From positions 216,522 through 280,521 of the forward strand of contig DJHM01000011.1 of NCBI GenBank assembly GCA_002433075.1: a stretch of DNA of 64,000 bases, read 5' to 3'. Positions 36,699 through 46,345 of the stretch are shown one piece after another. The DNA comes from Latescibacteria bacterium UBA6620. GTDB lineage: Bacteria > Latescibacterota > UBA2968. Position numbers and translations under genes: made by a program. Under the pieces are notes generated by a model. It saw only the letters and a list, made by a program, of their open reading frames with translations. It was not told where the DNA came from and made no database searches. Each line of letters opens with the position of its first letter. Within the stretch, counting starts at the first letter, position 1.

Positions 36699-37493
36699 CT
36701 ATATGCCTGGGTGAAGAATAGGCTCCCTCCGGCTGTCGGCCGCCACTTCGGTATAGAAGAGACGCTGGGCCGGCGTCATCCGTTCGAGTGCTTCCCTGGG
36801 GGGCCAGTAGGAGCGCCATTTCATGCCGGCATGGTTGTACTTATAGAACAGGTTGACTCGATCGTGGTCCCGATTCCAGGGCAAGGCGCCGTGCGCCAGA
36901 GCCTCCGGAAAGATGACGACCGAACCGGCCTTGCAGGGAACCGACCGCAGGACCGAGCTGTCGAACGTGCCGTTGCTGAAGTCCGTGAGATCCACGGGGG
37001 TTTGGAAGTGGGAGTTATGACTCCCGGGAACGCACACAAACCCGCCTTCCTCTTCGGTTACGTCGGTCAGGTTGAAGGAGACCACCGTGTGACCGGCAAA
37101 GATCTTCCCGTTAGCGTGTTGATACGTGAAGTTGGGATCGATATCGTCTCTCGCTCCGCCGTGAAGATTGAGGCCGCCATACCCGTTCCGTCGAATGCGC
37201 CCATAGGCGACCTCCAGCCTCAGCTGCGGACTGATGATTTCTGTGAGGATATCGATGACAGGGGGAAGGTCGATCAGGTCCACGAAGTCCGGCCCGATAC
37301 TGGCCAGGTCGCCCACGCTGGTTTCGCCGGAGGAAGGTTCGGAATAGGACACTCCCTTAGGCAACCGATCGAGAGGTGTGTCGATCACCTCGTGAAGCGC
37401 CCCAATCAGTCGCTCGCAAAGGTCACGCGACAGCACGTCCTCGATCACAAGGTAGCCGGCCACGTCGAAGAGATACTTCTCTCTATCCGTCAT
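36699..37493 (-). CDS. PhyH-superfamily-like dioxygenase
   Basis: 264 aa; paralogue of 27294..28121 (shared N-terminus and VCVPGSHNS/VLPGSHKS, ALAHGALPW/ALTHGTLPW). Confidence 0.65.
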   Translation of the reverse strand: MTDREKYLFDVAGYLVIEDVLSRDLCERLIGALHEVIDTPLDRLPKGVSYSEPSSGETSVGDLASIGPDFVDLIDLPPVIDILTEIISPQLRLEVAYGRIRRNGYGGLNLHGGARDDIDPNFTYQHANGKIFAGHTVVSFNLTDVTEEEGGFVCVPGSHNSHFQTPVDLTDFSNGTFDSSVLRSVPCKAGSVVIFPEALAHGALPWNRDHDRVNLFYKYNHAGMKWRSYWPPREALERMTPAQRLFYTEVAADSRREPILHPGI

Positions 37494-37537
37494 CGATCCT
37501 TCCTCCTGTATTTTTCACTTTGCACTCCGCGTCAGCG

Positions 37538-39814
37538 CTACACGTTCTGCCCAAGCATGATGGTCGCACAGGGTGTGTTACGCGCGACCTGTAAAGCCAG
37601 CTCGCCGAACGTTCTATATCGCCGGTTGGTGCGCTTCAGTCCGACGACCGCCAGGTCGCAGTCACTGGCCTTCCGGGCGATTTCATCCACAACGGAGTCG
37701 TTGATGCCTACCCCGTGCGTGCTCCCCGGAGCCTTGTCCCAGGCAATCTGAGCCAATTCACGCTCGGCCCTGACAATCTCGGCACGTGATGCACTTTCCG
37801 GAAGCACGCTCATGAAAACGATCTCGATGTCACCCCCCCCCCGTCTAAGGCTACCCAGTAGTCGAGCGCGCTGCTCGTCGTGTGAGCCCTTCCCCCCGAC
37901 GGGCACGAGCACGCGTCTCACATTCACGAGATTCCATCCGGGCTGAGCTCGGAGAATCGCCACGTCGCAGTCTACCGAGTTGATCAATTCCTCCAGGTCC
38001 GTTCCCACGAACTCGTCAGACAGATCGCTGATTCCCAAAAGAAGTCCCTCGCAGCGGTGTTCATGCGCCACCCTCGCAATCTCGGACCAGGGAACAGGCG
38101 CAATGGTGATCAGAGCCTCAGGAGACAGACCCGCCGCGAAAGAGACCGTGAGACTTTCTCGGATGACCGACTGGGCATCGATGAGCTGGGGCGGGCTGTG
38201 CTCGGGGTGCCAGTCATCCGGTGGCGACACGACAGAAAGGAGGAGCACCCGCCCGACTCCAGGGGGAGCAAGCGCGCTAGCGACGCCGACCATGGCCGCG
38301 GAACTGGCCGGATTGGCAATGGGCACCAGGATGAGGGGGGTCTTCCCCCGCGTGCGGACGAGTTGAGGATCGACGGCTTCCGCAGCCGCATCGACGACGC
38401 GCGCTCTCCGGGCGAAGAGAAACAGATAGAGGATACCGCCGAGCGTCAGCCACGAATAGGTGATCCAGCCTGCCTCGGGTACGGTGATTCCCTGAAAGAC
38501 GGCAAGTGCGGTACACGAGACGGCCCCGATGGTGGGCAACACCGGAAACAGGGGCGCCGTGAAGGCCTCCACCACCGGAGAACGACGGGTTCGAGCCAGG
38601 ATGCTCGTCACGTGAACCAGCGCAAAGGAGATCAGAAAGATGAGACTTGCGGCCGCGCCCGCAGAGCAGACATCGGGGATCGCAACGATAATGACGGTAA
38701 CGAAAACGGCCGTGAGCAGGATCGCGGACGTCGGCGTCCCGCGTCGAGGACTGACCCGGGCAAGGAAATGGGGCAGCGTTCGGTCGTGCGCCATGACCAG
38801 CGAGATCCGGGATGCGGCATACAGATTCGCATACAGCGCGGAAAGCATGGAGAGGAGAGCGGCGATGACGACGAGCCAGAATCCCGTTCGGCCGAGGAAA
38901 TTCTCCGCCGCAACTGCGATCACGGTCTCGGGATGGCTGGAACTCATCTCTACGATCGACGCTCCAACCGGCACGCCCACCGTGGAAACGATGAAGAGGA
39001 GGGGCAGATAGATGACAAGAGCGATCCCAAGGGAGAGGAGCATGGCCCGTGGTAGGACGCGGGATGGATCCCGAACGTCGCCTGCAACCGCGGCAACCAG
39101 GTCATAGCCTTGCAGGGCGATGAAAGTGAACCCCATTGCCTGCAGCAGGCCGATCGAGCCGTGCGCGAAAAAGGGCGTCAGGTTCGAATAGACCGATTGG
39201 GGCGGACGACGACTCAACGCCCACACCCCTGCAATGATCAGGAAGACGAACAGGACGACCTTTCCGATCGTCGACCACTGGGCCCCTCCGGGACGCCTCA
39301 GAACCAGACTGATTGAATAGATGGCGACCGATCCAACAGCCAGCGCGGTGATCGCCAATCGTTCGTTCACGGCCGGCAAAGCCGATTGGAAGACGACCTC
39401 CCACAACGGTTCCAACAAGACTAGAGCAAAGGCCGCGAAGCCCACGGCATAGAGGACGCTGGCCACGATCGAAGCGAACCACACAATCCAGCCCACCGCA
39501 AAAGCGGCTCGAATCGTCAGGACCTTCTTGGCGAACGTATACGACCCGCCCGACTCCGGAAACGCGGTGGACATCTCCGAGAAGCTCGCAACGGTGAGCA
39601 GAGCGATCAGCCCGTTGAGAGCGAAGGCCAGAATCGCACTCGGGCCGGTCGTCTGAAACGCGACACCCGCGAGCGCAAGGATGCCGCCGCCGACGATAGC
39701 TCCCACCCCGAGGCTTGTCGCACCGACGAGGCCCAGCGTACGATGATTGTCCGATGTGTTCATGAGATCAGGAGATGTGCCTGGGTAAGCAAAAATTGGA
39801 CGAAACTGACCCAC
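37538..39814 (-). CDS. APC-family amino-acid permease fused to tandem universal-stress-protein (UspA) domains
   Basis: 758 aa. About 12 TM segments (GATSLGVGAIVGGGILALAG...), then two Usp-like alpha/beta domains (VLVPVGGKGSHDE..., ...ATIMLGQNV). The alternative start MNTSDNH is at 39763. Confidence 0.8.
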   Translation of the reverse strand: MGQFRPIFAYPGTSPDLMNTSDNHRTLGLVGATSLGVGAIVGGGILALAGVAFQTTGPSAILAFALNGLIALLTVASFSEMSTAFPESGGSYTFAKKVLTIRAAFAVGWIVWFASIVASVLYAVGFAAFALVLLEPLWEVVFQSALPAVNERLAITALAVGSVAIYSISLVLRRPGGAQWSTIGKVVLFVFLIIAGVWALSRRPPQSVYSNLTPFFAHGSIGLLQAMGFTFIALQGYDLVAAVAGDVRDPSRVLPRAMLLSLGIALVIYLPLLFIVSTVGVPVGASIVEMSSSHPETVIAVAAENFLGRTGFWLVVIAALLSMLSALYANLYAASRISLVMAHDRTLPHFLARVSPRRGTPTSAILLTAVFVTVIIVAIPDVCSAGAAASLIFLISFALVHVTSILARTRRSPVVEAFTAPLFPVLPTIGAVSCTALAVFQGITVPEAGWITYSWLTLGGILYLFLFARRARVVDAAAEAVDPQLVRTRGKTPLILVPIANPASSAAMVGVASALAPPGVGRVLLLSVVSPPDDWHPEHSPPQLIDAQSVIRESLTVSFAAGLSPEALITIAPVPWSEIARVAHEHRCEGLLLGISDLSDEFVGTDLEELINSVDCDVAILRAQPGWNLVNVRRVLVPVGGKGSHDEQRARLLGSLRRGGGDIEIVFMSVLPESASRAEIVRAERELAQIAWDKAPGSTHGVGINDSVVDEIARKASDCDLAVVGLKRTNRRYRTFGELALQVARNTPCATIMLGQNV
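37833..37842. repeat. C10/G10 homopolymer inside the permease-Usp CDS (encodes Gly-Gly-Gly in the linker)
   Basis: caCCCCCCCCCCgt on the + strand; a rare homopolymer length for this composition. Confidence 0.6.
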
Positions 39815-39868
39815 CTGTCACTGGCGGGGTTTCGCCACCAGCGATAACTCGCCCTGAGCTGGACCAGC

Positions 39869-40783
39869 TCAGGATGGCATCAGCTTCTCGTGCATCGTGC
39901 GGCGCTTGCGCTGTTGCAGGGGAACACGCTCATCGACGTCCGGATCCGAGGCGAGGCCAGTCTCGCGATCGAGAAACAGGGGGAAGTCCTCGACCGGCGG
40001 CTTTGCGCGATCATAGCCATTGGTGTAGCTCCGCATGATAATGCGCTGTTCCCTGTTCAGCGTCTCGAGCCAATTGGGGGAAGACTGGATCCGATCGCCT
40101 TCACAGATCCAGGAGGGACAATACGCGAGAAAGAGGTTCTTCCGGACCACGTCGCTCTCGTTGGGTTCCACCCGATGCCAGGTATTGCACTGAACCAGCG
40201 TCATCGCACCCTTCGGTACGCAAAGGATCTTCTCCCCCGGGATGCTGTCGTGCGTCCAGTAGTGCTCCGAGTATTGGGATCGGTGACTTCCGGGCAGGTA
40301 AACGAAGTTGCCCATTCCCGAACGTGGCAGATCCGTCAGCCAGTAACTGACCTTCACCTGAAGTGAGAGATCCGGGGCGAAAACCGCATAGGGCACGACG
40401 CGTGCGCCGTCGGGGTGCCAATGGTTGTGCACACTGTCGCGGGGTCTAACGAAAATCTGTGACAGGTGCAGTTTGAGCAGTTCTCCGTAGATATCATACA
40501 CATAGCCCAGGTGACGAGGGTGATCGATCAGCTCGGAGAAGATTGGATCCCTTTCGACGATATTCTCGGTCATATAGAACGTAGTGGGGTCGAAACTCGA
40601 ATCGGCAGCGCAGCACCGGTCAAGAGCTTCGATATAGCGATCGATCTCGTCGTCGGAAAGAGCGCCCTCAATCACGAGCATACCTTCGGTCGTAAACTGC
40701 TCCCATTGCTCGGGCGTGAACCCCCGTGGGGCGCGTCGATACTGCGGTTCGGACATTGCCGACTCCTTCTCAGTTGATCGCAT
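39869..40783 (-). CDS. PhyH-family 2OG/Fe(II) dioxygenase
   Basis: 304 aa; WHPDG (HxD), NTWHRVEPN distal His. Confidence 0.8.
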   Translation of the reverse strand: MRSTEKESAMSEPQYRRAPRGFTPEQWEQFTTEGMLVIEGALSDDEIDRYIEALDRCCAADSSFDPTTFYMTENIVERDPIFSELIDHPRHLGYVYDIYGELLKLHLSQIFVRPRDSVHNHWHPDGARVVPYAVFAPDLSLQVKVSYWLTDLPRSGMGNFVYLPGSHRSQYSEHYWTHDSIPGEKILCVPKGAMTLVQCNTWHRVEPNESDVVRKNLFLAYCPSWICEGDRIQSSPNWLETLNREQRIIMRSYTNGYDRAKPPVEDFPLFLDRETGLASDPDVDERVPLQQRKRRTMHEKLMPS

Positions 40784-40858
40784 TGCTTGAGTTCAATCGT
40801 TGTCAGACACGCTGGAAGTGCCGGTCACTTCTTCGCAGCTCGGTGAAGACCGGTTTCA

Positions 40859-41740
40859 TCAGTCGCGGTCTGCAAATACGGCGGAAAGCACATCTCGAGC
40901 ATATCGAACCATACCGGGATTGGTATCCCGATAGTAGGGAAGCGCGATGACAGCAATGGACAGCGCCCACCCTCGACCTCTGGCCCAGGTCGCATCGTCC
41001 ACCGATGTAGCCGCTTGAAATCGGTCTCGATCCTCGGGTGTGAGCAGATCCCACGAGACGATCAGATCGCAGGCGGGATCGCCGACACCCAGCCCTCCGA
41101 AATCGAGAACGGCTGTGATCTCATCTCCGACACGAAGCAGGTTGTCGGACTTCAAATCCCCGTGAATCCAGAGATCCGGCCCCGTCCACGGTGGCGCCTC
41201 GAGGGTCCTCTCCCAGGCCTCCGTGGCCATAGAAGTGTCGATCGTGTCGTTCAGGCCATGAATCGAGCGACGCGTCTGTTCGTCCCGATCCGCCAGTGCA
41301 ACACCGCGGAAGAAGTTGTGCGATCCCGGACCGAGTCCACCGCTTGGATCCAGCCCGTGCCGAATGCGTACAAAGTGCCCAAGTGACGTTGCTACGTCGC
41401 GGGGATCTACCCCTCGTCGCGAGCTCGCCCTCGACGAGGGGTAGATCGACCACGGTAACGGACATCCTTCGGCGGGCTCGCCCCTCGCAACGGGGATCGG
41501 GACCGCCAGCGGAAGCGCGGGACCCAGTATGGGCATCCAGCAGTGGAGCTTTTGGACCTGCTCCGCCGCGTGAGGTCTCCGAGACAGTCGTACGACCCTC
41601 TTCTGTCCGAGTCGATAGAGCGTGTTCTCCGTTCCAGCGGAGGACACCGGCTCGAGAGTCAGATCGGACCACTGCGGGAACTGCGTCTCGATCAATCTCC
41701 GGACGAGAGCCACATCGGTGAAAATCTCGTCCGCGTGCAT
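40859..41740 (-). CDS. aminoglycoside/choline-kinase-type phosphotransferase (APH family)
   Basis: 293 aa; IHGDLKSDNLL catalytic loop, DFGGLGVGDP (DFG-like). Confidence 0.7.
   Translation of the reverse strand: MHADEIFTDVALVRRLIETQFPQWSDLTLEPVSSAGTENTLYRLGQKRVVRLSRRPHAAEQVQKLHCWMPILGPALPLAVPIPVARGEPAEGCPLPWSIYPSSRASSRRGVDPRDVATSLGHFVRIRHGLDPSGGLGPGSHNFFRGVALADRDEQTRRSIHGLNDTIDTSMATEAWERTLEAPPWTGPDLWIHGDLKSDNLLRVGDEITAVLDFGGLGVGDPACDLIVSWDLLTPEDRDRFQAATSVDDATWARGRGWALSIAVIALPYYRDTNPGMVRYARDVLSAVFADRD
41404..41447. repeat. 44-bp palindromic element in-frame within the APH gene (16-bp arms GATCTACCCCTCGTCG / CGACGAGGGGTAGATC)
   Basis: Perfect inverted 16-mers flank a 12-nt spacer containing the palindrome CGAGCTCG. 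The element encodes IYPSSRASSRRGVD. Confidence 0.6.
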
Positions 41741-41882
41741 CCTGCTGGCAGATCCTATCCTGTCGTCCCCCTATGGACCCTGGTCAATGTCGGCAAACTT
41801 TCGACAGCCGAGGCGGTTCTGCTTCCGCAGCAACGGGTGTGTCGCAAACTCATCTCCAGCAACGTCATCACAGGCAGGTGGT

Positions 41883-43496
41883 CTAGGAGGCGAAGACCGC
41901 TGATCCGCCGTCCCTGCGTGGATCCGAAGCAGCGCGAAAGCCGTCGGGTTCCATGAGGATGCATTGAGCCCTCCCGAAAGAGGGGGCGTAGTTATAGGGC
42001 AACTGTTCGACCTGCATCCCCCGGTCACGCATGGAAGCCACGGTAGCCCGGGGAATCCGCATCTCACAATACACAGGCTGTCCTTCGCTGTGGAAACGCG
42101 CCGCCGAAACGGCCTCAGTCGGCGCCATCCCGAAGTCGATGACATTGACCAGGGTCTGCAGGACGGCGGAAGTGATCGACCAGCCTCCCGGCGCCCCGAG
42201 GATCATGACCGGCTTCCCGTCCCGAAAGACGATCGTTGGTGACACAGCGCTCGCACGCGCTCTCCCCGGCAGGTAGGAGTTAGGTCGCCCGGGCACGGGG
42301 TCCATCAACGCCACACAGTCGTTCCAGAACGTTCCCGTGCCGGGAACGACAACTCCGCTGCAGGTCGTCAGCGTGTGGGTGATGGAAACGCAGTTGTTGT
42401 TTTCGTCGGCAACGCATAGATGGGTCGTGTGACCCGGCGCGTTGAGTGCCGTCTGATCGGGCAACTCACCCCGTCGTATCCGATCTGCGATCTTCTCGGC
42501 GTGCTCTTCGGAAAGAAGCTCTTCGGCAGGCACATCCCAGAACCGAGGATCGGCCAGGTGCCTGAATCGTGTCACCCCCGCCCAGGAGAGCGTTGCGGCA
42601 ACGATGTAGGCGTGCTCCGGACCGTTCGGCTCGAGAGACGACAAGTCGAAGAGACCAAGCACATTGAGCATCTGCTGCAGCAAGAGTCCCCCGCCCGGCA
42701 GCGGAGAGGTTTGTATCTGGCAATCCCGGTACGACCCCTGAATCGGAGGATCGTTCCGCACATGATAATCATTCAAGTCGTTCCGCGTAACGAAGGCGTC
42801 ATTCTCTTCGAAGTCTCGGATGATGATGTCGGCCAGCTCCCCGTGATAGAAATCATCCGGGCCGTACCGTGCCAGTCGTTCGAAGGTGCGTCCCTGATCG
42901 GGATTGCTGTAGCGTTCGCCACGTTCGATAAGCTCCCCATCGGCATTCTGCCACAGTTCACGGATGGCTGGCGTGTGTTGGGCACGACGAACTGGATGCG
43001 GCAGTCCCTGGATCGTCTGCTCCCGCAAGGAGCGGGCGATGTACTCGGGGACGGGGTAACCTCGGTCGCTCCATTCGATAGCCGGCTTCAGAAGCTCAGC
43101 CAGAGGCCGGGTGCAGAAGCGCCGATGCAGCTCCCCCAGTCCGGCGACCGTACCCGGCGTCATGATCGCCTGGTAACCGAGGATATTTCGAAAATCATCG
43201 AACAGTGCGAAGTGCCAGATGTCCGTATAACCCTGTACATCGTCGGTCCAGATTTCCGGGTGCATCCTCTCGCCGATCGTCGGCCAGAACCCGATGCTTT
43301 CCGTCGTGGAGGTCGACGCGTCGTAGACGGTCGCACACCCCCAGCCGCCGAGCCCACACATGAACGGATCGAACACGATCTGGGCCGCCGCGGCGGCCAC
43401 GGCTGCATCGAATGCGTTCCCTCCACCTTCGAGCACGCGTGCCCCGATTTCGGTGGGGATGGGTTGGGGTGCGACGACAGCTCCTTTCACACCCAA
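41883..43496 (-). CDS. ggt: gamma-glutamyltranspeptidase family protein
   Basis: 537 aa; GGNAFDAAVAAAAA, catalytic Thr region TTHLCVADENNN, GGxxI. Confidence 0.85.
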   Translation of the reverse strand: MGVKGAVVAPQPIPTEIGARVLEGGGNAFDAAVAAAAAQIVFDPFMCGLGGWGCATVYDASTSTTESIGFWPTIGERMHPEIWTDDVQGYTDIWHFALFDDFRNILGYQAIMTPGTVAGLGELHRRFCTRPLAELLKPAIEWSDRGYPVPEYIARSLREQTIQGLPHPVRRAQHTPAIRELWQNADGELIERGERYSNPDQGRTFERLARYGPDDFYHGELADIIIRDFEENDAFVTRNDLNDYHVRNDPPIQGSYRDCQIQTSPLPGGGLLLQQMLNVLGLFDLSSLEPNGPEHAYIVAATLSWAGVTRFRHLADPRFWDVPAEELLSEEHAEKIADRIRRGELPDQTALNAPGHTTHLCVADENNNCVSITHTLTTCSGVVVPGTGTFWNDCVALMDPVPGRPNSYLPGRARASAVSPTIVFRDGKPVMILGAPGGWSITSAVLQTLVNVIDFGMAPTEAVSAARFHSEGQPVYCEMRIPRATVASMRDRGMQVEQLPYNYAPSFGRAQCILMEPDGFRAASDPRRDGGSAVFAS

Positions 43497-43529
43497 TCTC
43501 CTGGTCGAAAAGTCATGTCGAACTCCTCG

Positions 43530-44390
43530 CTATAGAACCGTACGGTCTCTGGAACGCCCGTCACACACGAGCCGGCCGCTATGGTAGGTACCCTGCATAC
43601 ATCGGTCACGCCACGCGACAGATGCATCGTAGCAATTCACGGCAGGATCGATGTCGGTCACGAGCACACCAGGCCTGTGGGTGCGGGCCTTGTTGACAAT
43701 CCAACCCTCTGGATCGATGACGAGGTTGGGCCAGGCGTACTTTCGGGTACCGTTATTTGCGCTGACCCAGTAGTAATTGCTCGCGGCGGCAGCCTGCAGC
43801 GTTGCGGGCACCGACATCAGATAGTGTCTGTACTGCTTCGCAGTCATGTTGGCGTTGTGGAAGGAAACGAGCATCAACTGCACCCCTCGTTTCTTGTATT
43901 CCCTGAAGAGCTCCGGATAGCGGAAGTCGTGGCAAATCAACAGACCGCACTTTACCTCACGCAGAGTAAAGGTGACAAGGTCGGAACCCGGACTGTAATG
44001 TTTCAAGTCGCCGGTGTTGTCACTCGATCCCGTACAGAACAGCTTGTCGTAGCGTGTCTCGATGCGGCCCTTTTCGTCGATGACATACAGGGAATTGTGA
44101 GGCTTGTGTTCGCCCGTCAGTCGATGATTGGCGCCCAGAACGACACTGAGGCCCAGTTCGCGGGCAAGCTCCCTGACTGCCTCCACGCACTCCCGCACCT
44201 CGTCCCAATCAGTCTCCGACACGGATTTCAACTCGGCGCCCAGATACCCCGTCAGACAGGCCTCCGGAAAGTGGATGAGATGGGCCTCCCTCCGCTTCGC
44301 GGTCCGCATATGACGGACAATGCTGGCTATATTGCGACCTGGGTGTTTCTCGACCTGGAACTGGCTGGTTGCCAGTCTGAGTTTGGGCAT
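43530..44390 (-). CDS. carbon-nitrogen hydrolase (nitrilase superfamily)
   Basis: 286 aa; E-K-C triad context (FPEACLTGY, LLICHDFRYPE). Confidence 0.8.
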   Translation of the reverse strand: MPKLRLATSQFQVEKHPGRNIASIVRHMRTAKRREAHLIHFPEACLTGYLGAELKSVSETDWDEVRECVEAVRELARELGLSVVLGANHRLTGEHKPHNSLYVIDEKGRIETRYDKLFCTGSSDNTGDLKHYSPGSDLVTFTLREVKCGLLICHDFRYPELFREYKKRGVQLMLVSFHNANMTAKQYRHYLMSVPATLQAAAASNYYWVSANNGTRKYAWPNLVIDPEGWIVNKARTHRPGVLVTDIDPAVNCYDASVAWRDRCMQGTYHSGRLVCDGRSRDRTVL

Positions 44391-44544
44391 GCACTTCTCC
44401 TATCAGATTTTCCGTTTGGAAATTTGAGGAGAGGAGCAAACGGATGATTCCGACTTCACCATCTCGCGTGGAGATCTCTCACCAGTGAATAGAGCCTGCC
44501 CTCGCAGGCGCGATGCTAGTTCGAGGACAGACTCTGTTTCCGTC

Positions 44545-46062
44545 CTACACCCCGTTCAATCCCAATCGCACCCGCTGTTCGGGAGGCGCTTTCAATCGGG
44601 CCAGCTCTTCCCGCAGTCTATCCTGCATTGCCTTGAGCTGGTCCGGCTGTTCTTCCACGAGGTTCACCAGTTCGTTCGGGTCGGCTCTCTTGTCGTGGAG
44701 CGAAGTCGGGTCCGGCCAGGTCCTGCCGTCCCCGACCGCTCGCCGACCCTCCTCATAGGGCCCGAGTTCGTAGCGAACGAATCGCGCAAGATGGTATCCG
44801 TACCAGTAGAGCGGCTGATTCTCCTCGGTCGGCGACTGATGAAGGGTCCACGTTCCGTCTGTGATGGACACGCTCTTGCCAAACATGCCCATCAGCGCGA
44901 CGTCTCGTGTCCGGGCAGTCGAATCTTCCAGAACAGGAAGCAGATCGATCCCGTGCAGGGGTCGCTCCGGCGGCATTTCGGGCAACGACCTGCCGACTGC
45001 CGACAAGACAGTGGGATAAATGTCTATCAGCTGGACCAATTGGTCACGCCGCTCGCCGTGTCCCATCTCCGGGTGGCAGACGATGAAAGGGATGTGCGCG
45101 CAGCCGTCATACTGGTGCGTGTTCAGCTTCCCCGTACGACCGTGATCTCCGTTCCAAGTTCCGTGATCGGTCGTGAAGATCAACAAGGTGTCTCGCCACA
45201 GGTCCAGCTCATCCATTTTGTCGAAGATCACGCCCAGCCATCGATCGAGAAAGACAACCTTGGCCGCATATCGGGCGCGCATGTTGTTGAACTGTTCATC
45301 GTTGTAGTGGTCGCGCCACGGCGCATACGGGGCTCCCGCACGCAGGCCTTCCACCGCATACCCCTTGGGATCGAACTGCTTCAGAATCGCCTCCGGCGGA
45401 TCCCAGGGCTCGTGAGGGTCGAAGATGTCGAGATGGAGGTAGAAGTCTTTATGTTCGCGGTTGCGCTGGAGCCAATCCGCAGCCTTGCTGCAAACCTGGG
45501 CGCAGAAGTAGTCCTCTTCGCTCTGGCGAATGAAGTGGACGTTGCGCCAATGACGTTCGTTTTTCCCCAGTCGATCGCCCTCCGGACACGGGAAGTCTAT
45601 CGGATCCGTGTAGAGCGCGTCGCTTTCGATGCCCCGCACGAATTCGAAACCCGTATAACCCATATGGTAGTTTCCCGAACCCTGTTCCCACAGATGGAAG
45701 TGGTCCGTCAGCAGGCAACTCACACGGTCGCCTTGCTCCATCATGAGTTGCACCGAGCGGTTGGGTGGCCCCGAGACCTGCCGCGGCAGGTCTCGATCGT
45801 CCTCTTCCAACGGTCCCCAGCCACGTTCGAGGAACTCGAGACGGCCGGTGTAGATGTCCCGGCGAGCGGGCATGCACGGAGTGGACCCGATGTAGGCGTT
45901 GTCGAAAACCGTACCGCGGTCGATCAGGCGATCCAGGTTGGGTGTCGGAACGGACCAGGACGGAGCCTCTTTGCTCCAGCATTGGTCGAGAGGTTTTCCG
46001 CCGTTGTAGGCGCCGACGTGGTCGCGACGCAAGGTGTCACAGAGAATGGTGATGACGTTCAT
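44545..46062 (-). CDS. sulfatase (formylglycine type), no signal peptide
   Basis: 505 aa; MNVITILCDTLRRDH, C-x-P-x-R (STPCMPARRDIYTG). Confidence 0.85.
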   Translation of the reverse strand: MNVITILCDTLRRDHVGAYNGGKPLDQCWSKEAPSWSVPTPNLDRLIDRGTVFDNAYIGSTPCMPARRDIYTGRLEFLERGWGPLEEDDRDLPRQVSGPPNRSVQLMMEQGDRVSCLLTDHFHLWEQGSGNYHMGYTGFEFVRGIESDALYTDPIDFPCPEGDRLGKNERHWRNVHFIRQSEEDYFCAQVCSKAADWLQRNREHKDFYLHLDIFDPHEPWDPPEAILKQFDPKGYAVEGLRAGAPYAPWRDHYNDEQFNNMRARYAAKVVFLDRWLGVIFDKMDELDLWRDTLLIFTTDHGTWNGDHGRTGKLNTHQYDGCAHIPFIVCHPEMGHGERRDQLVQLIDIYPTVLSAVGRSLPEMPPERPLHGIDLLPVLEDSTARTRDVALMGMFGKSVSITDGTWTLHQSPTEENQPLYWYGYHLARFVRYELGPYEEGRRAVGDGRTWPDPTSLHDKRADPNELVNLVEEQPDQLKAMQDRLREELARLKAPPEQRVRLGLNGV

Positions 46063-46345
46063 GGAACACTCCGGATTTGAACGAAACTCGACGGACCGAG
46101 CGAGAATATTCGCCTCGAACGGTTCACCGACGAATGGAAGGCGGCTCGGGGCGCGATCCCAGTGACGAACAGGTCCTGTGTGATTCGCCGCCAGACTTTA
46201 TATTCAAGAACGCATCTTCCGCGACTGCCAACCACTGTTTTCGACGAAACTCATGGTTCGACGATGGACCTACGGAGTGCCACAGTCGCCACACTCTGAA
46301 GCAGGAACTCACCTGCCGGCGGGCAGCATGCTGTAGGAGGCTGAC

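Noticed and set aside
38057-39055. 332-aa plus-strand ORF rich in Arg/Gly/Asp
   Set aside because: It is antisense to the APC permease gene, low-complexity, and has no family resemblance.
44485-46080. 531-aa plus-strand ORF
   Set aside because: It lies entirely antisense to the well-supported sulfatase 44545..46062. This is a typical long shadow ORF in GC-rich DNA.
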